A stretch of 61,179 nt of DNA, counting the filler, from Dimargaris cristalligena (taxonomy: Eukaryota): assembly GCA_003614675.1 (NCBI GenBank). It is 2 parts of 2 records of this genome, joined end to end, with 100 filler letters (N's around TTAATTAATTAA, not from the genome) between each part and the next. Parts side by side here need not be neighbours in the genome. Positions count along the whole stretch, not along the records: positions 1 to 30,542 come from ML002456.1; positions 30,643 to 61,179 come from ML002457.1. One strand, 5' to 3'. The notes below the pieces were generated by a model. It searched no databases, was not told where the DNA came from, and saw nothing but the letters and a program-made list of their open reading frames with translations. Positions 26,142 to 37,900 of the stretch are shown here, piece by piece; positions within the stretch are counted from its first letter, which is position 1, and each line of letters opens with the position of its first letter. The position numbers and the translations under genes were made by a program.

Positions 26142-28579
26142 ACTTATTCCTATTTGTCAATCCGTGGGTGAGCGAGCCGACCTGTCAACGGATAGTATCA
26201 AGCCACGACAATAAAAATGACTGGTACTGACTATTTTTTTATATGAACCATTCCAGTGCGACAGGTATGGAGAGATTAGCACTCGATGCTAATATGATGA
26301 TTTAGTTTGGCGGGATTTACAGTGAGAGCTGGAATACCAAGTTAGTGCGGGTATTAGGCTATAGAAAAATGAGGACACCACCGACGTGGACTAGATATAT
26401 GGAGTGGGGTTTACTATATCCCGCCTTTCCGTATCCTTTGGCCTACCAACTGCAGAAACATCTAATTCAATGGACATTGGTAATAGTGATATTACATAAC
26501 GTAGCCCATTATTATAATGTGTCTCCCCCAATCAGTGTGAATATAGAGTTATTCCGTCGGATTAGATGTAACCGTGATGTCCGCCCTGATACGGTAGCAC
26601 ATCCCCCCACCCTTCGGCAATTCTTTAAAACAAGTGTTACGGAAGGGTTCGATAACGGATATCCATATTCAACTATTAGCACATTCATATACTATTTAGT
26701 GTACCACTTTTTCCCTCTTTTTGGTGCAACTATAGTGGGCCACTTGGCTAATATAATGGATTCTTCCCAGCTGACCAAAGAGAACCCAACCCACTCACAC
26801 ATGTCCCCAATTGACCGCTGATACGCTTTATAGTCTGCGAAATGTGTATTCCGATTGGGCTGTGGTAGTCAATTTCCCTGACTAAAAGTAGGGGGGTTAG
26901 CCTCCGATGTGACGGCTCGGTAAATTACAAAATCTAGGGCACTGGCTTGCAACACTAGAATGGGTACATTCAATCCTCATTAGTAGAATAAATAACTGGA
27001 TTTACCGTCATCTATATTAAAATGAGCCATTTCCAGGCCATGTGAATAAACCTCCTCCAATCGCCCACCGGTTTTGTCCCACATTAGGGTTTTAACTGGC
27101 CTTTACAAGGAATCCTTATGAGGACTATATCCATTCACAATTTCACTCCGCTACCACAGCAAACCGGGGCATTGGTTTGGAGGGGGGGTGGTAAGAAAAC
27201 CATACTATAGGAAATACTACTATTCTAAAGAAGGGGATTCGTTAACTTCTAGATGGGGCGTACCCTTAGTTCAAGAGGGGAGGGCCTTATTGACCCGAAA
27301 AGGCACACTCCACTACCCCCCCCCCCATTTTTGTCCTGTCTTATGGCCGGACCTGCTTAAACCTTGAAAGCATACCCTGGTCAAACGGTTTTAGTTTTGG
27401 AAAAGGTGAAGAATACCACCGAAGGTCAACCTTTATTTTTCTTCATCCAGACTGGTATTTTGGCAGTCTGGGCTCATCATCCAATATTCATTATTTCTAT
27501 TAGGATGGTATCTTAGTTATAGAAGGCTGGGGCATATCCCCAGCCCTTGTATACCCGAGCCGCCATCATTGGCGACTTCCATTATATCGTCTATTCTTCT
27601 AGCTAGTTTTTTTCTTTCATTTTTTTCATAACTATCCGTTGGGTATTCCCGTACCATAGCGATACCCGCAGGTTGCCATTTTTATGTTATTTTCTACTAA
27701 CCAAGTTATCTATAAATACTCGCTGGGTATTCTCTCTCAATAAAGCCAAGTAGATTTATACCATTACAGTTCACTACTAGTATTATCCGATCCCTGATAT
27801 TATCTTACTCGCGTCGCCACTTGGCCCAAGATCACTCATTGTGCTCCGTCTGAAGCCCAGACAAGAATCGTCCCCGCCGAGTGCAAGTTTTCCCCAGAGA
27901 TCTCAGTTTACCACCGGGTCGCCACTGCTCCAGCCAGTGCTGATATAAGATAAATGATATATTGCAGATTTAATTGGCTCCGACAACAGCCCCCTGGAGT
28001 AAATTGAAATAGTGAGTTGTCGGTGAGGGGAATGTCTTCTGTTGAAACCCTAACCACTAATAAGGCTCAAGTGTAACACCAGGTGCCACAACAGGCCCCA
28101 TAAATAAGACTTGCGTTCAATCGAATAATTCTATTATTCATTGGAAAAAAGTGGGTGAAGTTCAGCTTGGCTGTATAAGGGTTTAACTGATGTGTATGGG
28201 AAAATCGGTGGGATGTTTATTTTCAACCAGTAGTATTTGCGTCATCAAATGGATTTTTCGTTATACAGCCTTGTTGAACTACTCCACTTAGTGGAGTTTG
28301 TGAGAAATTTAAATGATCGATAATATCCGAGTGTAGTTTATCTTGTTAAATTAAGGAACCAATAACCAAAATGTTGGGGGAGGGAGGGGATGCATTCGTC
28401 GCCATTGCTTCTTTTATAAAAGACAACGCCTTCTCCCCCCCCCCTGAGCTGCTATCCCACTTCGTTTTATTACCTTCCGTTGGTGCATCCTTACTATTGT
28501 CACTCCTTGCCGTTAACTGGCAACTTCCTGATTTTGTCAATCGCCTAACCTCCGTGAATCCTCGCCGTATTTTACTAAT

Positions 28580-29116
28580 ATGCGTACTATTTTTATGCTC
28601 ATGAACCTCGCTCTTTTGGGTGGTACTCTAGCTCGCCCCGCTGGCCGCCAGCGTGGTCCAATAATTACACTGATGGACGAACCGTCATTTACCCCTAATG
28701 CACGAGAGGAGACCCTGCCGGCGTATTTCGAACATGACTCATCCCTGCTATATGACCAGCCAGGCGAGTCGGACTCCCGCAGTTGGTATACCGTGTATGA
28801 CGAACCTTCTTCATTTGACCCGTCACAAGTAGACCCTCCCACCACCGCCATATCAAATGAAAACGACCGGGTCCCTACCTATACGACCTTGCCGCCGGGA
28901 ACCTTGTCCCCAATTCCACCGGCCTATACTTTCGTGACTCATCCTGCGACGGGCGGGGTATCCCGAGAGGAACCTATTCGGGGACTGGGTCAATACCCCA
29001 TTCGACGTGAGCCTATCGATTGGCGGTACAAGACCCACAAGTGGTGTCAGGGAGCGAAGCGGTGGATGAAATCGTGTTTCCGCCGGTCATCTTCTTATCA
29101 TTACCGCCATTATTAG
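28580..29116 (+). CDS. Single-exon small secreted protein of unknown function (178 aa)
   Basis: Signal-peptide-like start MRTIFMLMNLALLGGTLA|RP, an acidic Pro-rich middle and a basic/aromatic C-terminus. The ORF is GC-richer than its flanks. No family recognised. Confidence 0.75.
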   Translation: MRTIFMLMNLALLGGTLARPAGRQRGPIITLMDEPSFTPNAREETLPAYFEHDSSLLYDQPGESDSRSWYTVYDEPSSFDPSQVDPPTTAISNENDRVPTYTTLPPGTLSPIPPAYTFVTHPATGGVSREEPIRGLGQYPIRREPIDWRYKTHKWCQGAKRWMKSCFRRSSSYHYRHY

Positions 29117-29679
29117 TATTTCAAGATATTGATGAATGTCTCTCCTAGTGCCGCAAGGGTGCTTCAAGTAACCCAGACGTTAGACGGCTACGCTAATTGA
29201 GCAAAACTGGTTACTGGAGGGTCAGCTAAAGTGTTGAAAATAAAAAAGACACTACAAGGCTCGCAAAAAACTAATGATGTCATGTTAATGCTCAATAAAC
29301 CACCTTGGCTGTGGGAATTCTTAAGTTCCTACCCGGTTTATGCATATAAATTGGAATAGAAATGTACTATGGCATTTGTAGATACCACGAGTTTGTTCAA
29401 CTTCATCTCTGAGACTATTCTGTTAAGCTGAATATCCATTGCATAACCAATACCCATGTATGATATAGAGACATTTTAAATAGGAGAATAAATGAAGACT
29501 TATTTCCTCTGGCTTACCTGGGGTGTAGCCCCCTATGGAGATTTTTTTCTATCAGTATGCATACTGGCAGAGAACATCAGCAGCTCTTGCCCTACTGGTA
29601 GCCTAAATAATGAATTGGCTGGTGGGCTGTATTATCCAATTACATTTGATACACATCTATCCCTTTAATTTTTAGTAAT

Positions 29680-30260
29680 TGTCAGACTATCTAATCTGCC
29701 TTAATCCTATGGGCTTAGATATATGACCATATTAGGCCATATTGCACCATATTAGTCTTCCCATGGCACATCCAGTACTATGGGATTATCCTGATTATAT
29801 AACCCTTCCCCTTCCAGACTCTGCCTCTATATACTAATCACTTAAGTACTGATTTGAAGAGTCTTCCAGTTACCATTAAAGTCTTCCAGATACCAGTAAC
29901 CACCCAGTTAGCCTATTTATCCATACCTTAGTTTAGTAGTATCTTTCCCTTAGGACCTCCCTTTGGAGTCATCCCCCACATATATATAACCTGCCCCATT
30001 GGGACCAGTTTGATCCCTCAGCTTATTTCTTACCCCCTAGTTTACTCCAATAAACTCTATATATACTTACCCCCTTATACTAACTCATAAGTGTACTGCT
30101 GTATATTGCTTACATAACTGATTGCCTAAACCTTTATTAGTTAGTACCATGCCCCATACCTGACACTAGTAGCCTGTTTAGCTGAGTCTAAGCCCCACCT
30201 ACCATTAGAAGCCTATCCTCGGGACTCTTGACAGACTAAGAGTGGTTAGCCCAGGTAACA
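29680..30260 (+). mobile_element. LTR of a retrotransposon (~581 bp, copy 1)
   Basis: Begins TGTC and ends AACA, with internal TATATATAA (~29981) and AATAAA (~30049). Aligns along its length to the reverse complement of 31331-31912. No target-site duplication seen. Confidence 0.8.
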
Positions 30261-30542
30261 GACCTCTATTACCAGTGGGTACAGCAGATTGATGAGTAGT
30301 TCAGGCATTCTCTCTAATATTCTGTACATCACTATAATCAACTTAGTGAAAAACTAAAGTAGGAAACTTTAGAGATAACATATATATTCCTTTAAAACTA
30401 TGCACCAGAAGCTCCCATTATGGGGGATCAGCCTGAAACCAAAAAATTGAAAAGCAGCAAATCTTTTGGTAGTAGAGCTGCATAGTTGGTGTAAAGAACT
30501 GAACTCAAATCCTTGAAAACTGAACTTTATTCAAAAAGATAG

Positions 30543-30642
30543 NNNNNNNNNNNNNNNNNNNNNNNNNNNNNNNNNNNNNNNNNNNNTTAATTAATTAANN
30601 NNNNNNNNNNNNNNNNNNNNNNNNNNNNNNNNNNNNNNNNNN
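30543..30642. other. Artificial contig linker / assembly gap
   Basis: 44 N + TTAATTAATTAA (stops in all six frames) + 44 N, exactly 100 nt. Contiguity and orientation across it are not guaranteed. Confidence 0.97.
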
Positions 30643-30864
30643 ATAAATAATGAGGAGTTTACAAATATATCTGGCTAATGATGATATCAAATATAAATGT
30701 GAGTGATACTTAATGTATCTCTTGCTTGCTATGATATTACAAGGCTATAAAATAATAAATCGTGACTTTACTGATAAAAGGATATAACAATGGGAACTGA
30801 TTAATAAAGGAATACTGGGATTAACTAAGTAGTTTCAGGTCCTACCACAACACCATCCTTCCCA
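30643..30864 (-). mobile_element. Polypurine tract and start of a 3' LTR of the gypsy element (truncated by the gap)
   Basis: Minus strand reads GGGAAGGATGG followed by TGTTGTGG..., directly downstream of the integrase remnant. The sequence differs from the 580-bp LTR family. Confidence 0.5.
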
Positions 30865-30879
30865 AGGGGGTGTATATAC

Positions 30880-31330
30880 CATGGGAGTAAATGCCAAGTG
30901 TAATAATTAGCATCTGATACTATAGCTGGTTTTAACTGTGAGGTGTGGATAGGAGCAGGACTGATGGTTACATTAGGGGATATTAATATATATGTGTTAT
31001 GCCACAGAACCCAGTGAATTCAAAAAGGTCTAAACCAATGTGATTGTAAGGACCAAGCTGTGGGATCTCATAACAAAATGGCATCATTGACTTTAAATTG
31101 GTGAGACCATGGTTGGTTAAATCAAAATCATTACTATGTATGGGCCTGTATGAGCTGGTGGACTGAGAATACACATTTACAATATTCTTGAACACTAGGT
31201 AGACACTGTCAAGTATGGTGTTAAAGTGTGTTAATATCTGGCTCTAGTAATAATGGTAAAATTTGGTCACCAGGTATCCAAGGGTGGTGACTAAATACCA
31301 GATAATATGTTGTACTTTGTGTTACCCAAG
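30880..31330 (-). pseudogene. Degenerate Ty3/gypsy integrase C-terminal region
   Basis: One uninterrupted frame reads WVTQSTTYYLVFSHHPWIPGD...FKVNDAILL*DPTAWSLQSHWFRPF*IHWVLWHNTYILISP...IHTSQLKPA. This is a decayed form of the SPFYLVFGRHPRxP...FKVGDxVLLR...RWxGPFRI...NTYxL...VHxSRLKP (GPY/F) pattern, with 8 in-frame stops. Confidence 0.85.
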
Positions 31331-31912
31331 TGTTGCCCAGATTAACCACTCTTAGTCCATCTAAAGTCCCAGGGATAGGCTTCTAATAGTAGGCAGGGCT
31401 TAGACTTGGCCAAGCAGGTTACTAGTATTAGGATGGGGGCATAGTACTAACCAATAAAGGACAAATGTAGGTAAATGCCAGGGATGTGCAGCAGGCACAC
31501 TTACTAGTTAGTACAAGAGGGGTGAGCATATATAGAGCTTATTGGGGTAAACTGGGGGATATGAATAAGCTAAGGAATTGAACCAGTCCCAGAGGGGCCT
31601 AGTTATATATATGGGGATAGCTCCAGAGGGAGGTCCTAAGGGAAATACTACTAAGACTAAGGTGTGGATAAGTAAAGAATCTGACCAGATGGCTTTACAT
31701 CGGGAAGACTCTCATGGGAACTGGAAGAGTCTTGGATCAGTAAGATGAGTATTTGGGGTGCAAAGCATTGGGGTCGAATGAGTGGGGTTACATAATAAAG
31801 GATGACCCCATAGTACTGGGGGTGACCATGGGAGGGTTAATATGGCACTATAAGGCTAAAATAAGATGGGCAATTGTTAGGTCTGGATTAAGTCAGATTA
31901 GGAGGGCCGACA
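31331..31912 (-). mobile_element. LTR of a retrotransposon (~582 bp, copy 2, opposite orientation)
   Basis: Minus strand starts TGTC and ends AACA. It is homologous to 29680-30260 and abuts the integrase remnant directly. Confidence 0.8.
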
Positions 31913-34900
31913 GGTGGTTTCAATAAAAGGGAAAAATAAATAGAGGCAATGCCAATGCTACTATAGACGTTTGGCTATATCACAACAGAAAATAATTGAA
32001 TGTAGATATGTATTAAATTATAGTAAGTAGTGCGGCAATTCTGCTGAGTTGATTTCATTTCGAATCTCCCCTGCTAATGCATGCGAAGTGGGTCCCAACC
32101 AACTGCCTTTAACTGGTACTGTTATAATTTTTACTCTTATCTGCATAACTTATTAGAGATTTCTTTCGCATTCCTTAATTTCCGAGGTACTATTTCAGCA
32201 GCTTATCCAAAAACGCATATGGAACAATACCTTCGTTGTACTATAAGCTTGTGCCAGGCCAATCGATGGATTAAGTTAGTAGTTACAGAGTTAACTACTG
32301 CTGGTTTTTCATTTTCGCTATCAGCCGATTGGAAACCCTTCAAGTTTGGAAGACTAGTTCGTTCAATTTTGTCTTCCGATTTTGATTATCTTTAACCGCC
32401 GATCCCTATATTTATGGGATGTCGCTATCACCATTGTGCCCCTGACCTTACAAAATCGGATATTTCAATTATGATGTGGCCCATAGGTCAGCAAAATAAA
32501 ACGTACCGTTTCACCGAATCTAGGCTATAATGAGTGGGGGGATGAAACGGAGGGTGGTACCCCTCAACTCATTAAAATCAACACCAGTGGCCAATTCCTC
32601 GATTCATGTCGCTATTTATCTCCTATATTTTGATTATGGATTATGCAACTCTATTATCCTTATTTTAAAATGCGTATAAGTGTTGAGTACGGCTCGGTTA
32701 TGGCCGTGAGTGATGCTGGATTCCACAGGGACTGACAATGTCTCAGAAGACTGAGGGCAATGTAATAGTTTCCGAATCAACATTTCCTACTAGTCATGGC
32801 CCAGGCGGTAAGTCGATCTTGACCTTATCGGTTCAACCTACGAATCAAAATATTCACCGAAAATTGTATGCTATAGACCAAGCGTCACCGGTTTCTTTCG
32901 ATATTTCCCACCACAGCCCGAATTGGATTTCTTCTCACACTTTTGATCCAAAATGGGGCGGGATCAGCGAAGGGTCTAAGTTTGCTGGCCAGATTAAACA
33001 ACAGAGAGTTGGGCAACCTTGTTGGCCAAGCCCACTTGCTGACTTAGAGGGGACGTGGTTTTGTATGACTCTCCGTGATAATCACCAGGCGTGAAAAATG
33101 CGTCAGTAGGTTTCTGGCATTAGGTGCGGTGACGACGGGTCCGTGTCCCATTTTAGAAAAACCATGCGGTTAGGTGGGTTATGGGAACCGCCGCCATTCT
33201 CACTGTTGAATACCTATTATTCGCTCTGGCATTCAAAGGTGTTTGATTTAGATTTTCTATTTGGTCAAGTAGCGAATGGACTAACCATATATTTTCTCAC
33301 CCTATATCCACCCAACGGTTGTGTTACTTAGGGAAGCAGCTACGCTTGTCTCTCCTTGAAAATTTACTTCACTGGCCAATGGTTTTTGAACAAGATGCGT
33401 ATTTACGGTTCCTTTCTTTCCATTGTTTGGGAGTTCCCCGTATGCCTGGGACTGGCAGCACTTGGCCATTCATCCGTAAGTTGGTGGGCCGACTCTCTTG
33501 AAGGCAATATGCCCTGAATCGGCCTGATAAATACCGGTCACTTACGTATAGTCACCCCATTGTACATTTTAAATCCAATTTTGGAGGGTTCCTTTTCGCT
33601 ATAGCAATGCTGGGTCTTCTGATCACCAGACCCAGAGGGTATGTCCTCAAAAGAACGGATTGCCGTTTTTTACATCAAGCCCTCGAAAACAGCAATCGGG
33701 TTAGGGAAAGGGGTGGGGGGGAGACACCCCAAACTCTTATAGACCGGGGTGACTGTTCATAGAACATGGCCGTACCCCATTAGCTTTAGGTTATACACAA
33801 TATATACAGATACCCCACGACTGGATTTGTAATTGTTCGGCTAGGTCTGGTTTCTAAACGACTGTTCCCTTAATCTTGTGGTTCAATTTCAGCCGATTCG
33901 ACCACTAAACAGTACAAAAATACATTAGGTAACATACCTATACTGATTGTGTTACGGGCATTTACATCGATCACTATGTAAATTAGCGCCAAAAGCGGTA
34001 TCCAGCCTAAGAAAAACTACAGAAATGGTGGTATCCATCGATCGGCTGTGTAAAATCCGGGGCATCCTATCGCCCACTTGCCTTCCAAAGATTGGCCAAC
34101 CAGGCCCTAGATTCCATCATCCGTGGTGAGAGATATTGGCACGGACGTTGACGATGATTCAAAATAACGGAAATCTACCCTACTAAAGATATAAGCCGAC
34201 AGTATTTACTCCTCTGATCCTCTTACTAAGTTCAGCCAATCATCATTTCATCAGATCCGGTTCCTCTTTCAGGCCGTTCTCCTGCAACTAAAGTTGCATT
34301 GCGCCAGTATAAGCTGGAAAATGTATCGCTATCGCATATTAAAAATATTCATGCAAGGCCGCTAGCCCCACCGGGTATAGATTGGTGCGTTTTTGTTTGA
34401 ATATAGGTCCACACTCCATCAGACAACATAATGCCAAGCACCGTTTCCTCCTGAGATGGTCTACTTGGAGGTAAATTCAGACAGCTCAGGACCCCGTGGG
34501 TCAATGATTAGATTCTAAGCTTTGGGAGGGTATGTTAAGGCTAAATGTATTTTTTTCTGACAGTTGCAAATAAATTGGTGGATAAGCATACTGATGGTTC
34601 TCCAAGTTTAGCACGGATGAAACTCGAATTGACCGTAGATTTATTTAGAGTGACTGTAGATTTGAACGTATGAACATTTAATCCAACTGAGAAAATCCGA
34701 CCCACTGTATGAAGTGAGTATAATAAGACTGCCGAGCTTGGGCTTTTTGAACCTCAATAGTATAATGAATTCCGGATCGTGGGGAAAGGCAGTTCCCAGG
34801 AGGATCCTCAAGCAATTGTCAATGCACACTGACTGAGGCTCAAGCCAACTAACGGGTTTAAGATTTCGCATGCTAAAGATTAGCTAATCACCGTGGCACT

Positions 34901-37900
34901 GTGGTTAACAGTAAGACAGCGTCCACGCTCAGTTGATAAAATGAAAATACTGACAGTGCCGAACTGATGTACAAGGGTAGAAAATACCGCCATTAAGGAT
35001 TGACCTTTATTGTTAAGCATTGTTTTAGATCAATTCGAACGGCCAGGCCGGCGGTCCTTGCCAGCGACCATCGCGCGGATTGTATACTCACTGTCCGTGG
35101 CAGAATCATTCAGTGGTCGAAGCACGAAGCTAACAGCAGGTTGGGTCCGTTGGGATGGGGTAATTATTGATAGCCTAGAGTTCAGCCAAAGAAATACCTG
35201 TTGTACTATAGCTATACCCAGTGAGAAGCGGCGGATTTAAAATGAGTGTATTACTTCCCAAGGTTAGTGTTAGGGGAAATCCACGATCGGTGACGCATGG
35301 TCAAAGAGTGACCCAACGCCTATTCACGAAGCTTGCTTAGAATGGTGGGATAGTTAGGTCGATCCTTTCTCTCATCCGTATCCAGGAAGGGCGAATTTCG
35401 GGGGAGGGACGTTGGCTGACCTGGATTAGGGACCTCCCTACTCATTATCTGGTCAGCACCTGGCTAAATCCCATAAAATCAAAAATAGACCAGGAAAATG
35501 ACTGAGGGCGAGTTCCCCGTTAATCATGGCTGTTGGGCAATCCGGCAGCTCAAACTGCAAAGTAGATTTATAAGTACTGATTGATCATGGCCAAAAATTG
35601 ATAGCTAAGCGAATGAGGTATTCTGGGGTGCATAGGTTTTACTCCCCATTACCATCGCCGAACCAATATTAAGATGTTAACCAACTGTCATCGCCCAGTT
35701 AAACTTAACGAAGAGGGTGCTTCGTCAAGGATTTATGTATATACATTTGTGTAAGACGGGGAGTGGGTCTTCAAGCCTAACATTCGCCTCCCCAGGGTCC
35801 AAGTGGGTCGCAATCTCTTCCCCACCTAATCGACGATTATCTAGGCCCCCTGTTAAATTATCCACCGATGTCCGACTCCTACTCTACTATTTTAACATAT
35901 TATATCCAACGACCTCCCAAAAAATAAAATAAGGGTTCACATATGTTGTTTTCTATTATGAATAAACACTAGCGTAGAGAACCGGTATTGGATACTATAA
36001 TCTGTTGATGGGCTGCATTTTGTTAGCCGTGCTTCTCACGTACGGGTCACGCTTTGGGTCATGGGTTGCCTGGCTCGTCTGATTGCATCCAATATTACTG
36101 CACTCGACTAGCTGATTGTGTAGGAGGGGCCCGCATTAGCGCACATGTCATTACCTCGACGCCTTGCCTCCCTAGGCAAGGCCCCAGCGGGATGGCAAAG
36201 CGGGTAGCTAACACCGTATTCCATTGGAATGGTAAAAAAAAACATCTTAATTTAGGTTTAATTATATACACCTCTCCATAATATATATACCCTAATTACT
36301 TTTGAGCGTAGGTGTTTAATGAAGCACGAAAATCATCTACGATAGTAATGGGGTAAAAAAAAGATGGAGATCCGGGTTAGGTAAGCAATCCGTTGGGAAA
36401 TAGCCTGACCCATTCACATAGGTAGGTCAGTTGATCTCGTAATCACCCAGACTTTCGCGATAGGGGCTGTACTAAGGCCTCAACAAGGATCCCCCCGACC
36501 CACACTGACTATAACTTTCACACTGGATGATAGTCCATCAAATTTAGGGAGATGTAGATAGCCGAAGGGAAAATCGGTAAACTAGTAGCAGCCGGGTTAC
36601 GTATATGAGAAAGACAAGGGAAAACAGTGATAGGTGTGGTGCATAATCCCGGCTGGCGTATAGTAATTTTCTAATCAATTCAATAACAATCTCATTAGAG
36701 CCCGAATGGTAAGCCATTCCCATTTGGTATTACGGGGGATAGTGAGGGAAGGGTGGGTTGCTTAGTATCCAGCCTGACTTATAACGCATAGTAAATACCA
36801 ATGAATATTATAGCAATACCATCAGCAACTTTAAAAGGTTAAATAGCGATAACAAGAGTTCACAGGACCAAAAGAATTCTATACAGCCGAAGCCCCCCAT
36901 ATAACAGACACAATTATACTGTTACTGCAGTTTGCCTTTTTAACCAACCAATGTGAAACAAAAAGCGACCCGTAGCGCACCCCCCGCCATACTTGCATTT
37001 TTTTTCCACACCAAAGCCAGCTGTTTGCCCCTCTTTTGTGTCGAACACCGACTCGAATATTATAGTACATCACGGTTCTAATAAGTGGATCTTTAGGGGG
37101 GCGCTTTATACACTGCTATATTCCCAGACGCATTGCTATCTCGCACCAACTTTTTTTTGTCCCTTTTTTTCACCTTGTCGCTTACAATACGCCTTCTTCC
37201 TAGGGTGCCCAGTTTGCGTGCCTTCAATACATGTAATCATTACTAAATCATATACTTATTATTATCAATCTAGGGGATATGATGAGATGGGATTGGGGTA
37301 TAACCAATATAGTTAAATAGTTTCAAACAAGGGCTGCATCTTCCGCTTTCGGCCTCTGTCAATAAACTTGAAGGATGAAGGCGGCCGTCCATCCTTTATC
37401 ACGAATCCGCCAAAACATTACAACTAAGAAAGTCTAGCAATGGCCCTGATAAAGACCCGTATACCTATATATTTTAATTTATGTATAGTTCAAATAGCCG
37501 GTGGCCGAACTAAATCCCTGAGTGGGCAACAGACAGTATGACCACCAAGCCAGACCCGTGAAAATAAACAAGCCCCCATTAAAATATTCGAATCTGGCGT
37601 GCGACTGGGTCTGGTCTAGGTGGGGATATCGATATGGCACAGCCCGGTTGTTGGACCACCGGCTAAGCCGATAAATCTAAGCGTAGATTGGTAGCGGAAA
37701 TGAGCACCAGACAACCCGAACCACACCAATACTTCCTTATTTATTATCGTGGACGACAGACTGTCTTCTTCTCCGAATTTCAGATAACGTCAATATAAAG
37801 CGAATTACCCCCCCCCCCACACACACTTCTCGCCTAAGTATCTTGGCGGTCACCTACTTTCTGGTATTTGTACACTTGGCCGAATCAGAAAGGTCAGTGA

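Noticed and set aside
26345-26821. 158-aa ORF downstream of UBP8 (similarly 12138-12620)
   Set aside because: Non-ATG start in the track and no motif or coding-like composition, so it is probably non-coding.
30587-30598. TTAATTAATTAA palindrome inside the N run
   Set aside because: It is centred between two 44-N blocks and has stops in all six frames, so it is a synthetic linker rather than biology.
29680-31912. Single DIRS-like or TIR element with 580-bp inverted termini
   Set aside because: The repeats have TG...CA LTR ends and are quite diverged, the interior is gypsy integrase rather than tyrosine recombinase or transposase, and an artificial linker separates the halves.
34895-34960. 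Imperfect hairpin GGCACTGT...ACAGTGCC with inner short stems
   Set aside because: The 8-bp outer stem has large loops and no box motifs or gene context. It is compatible with chance in 61 kb.
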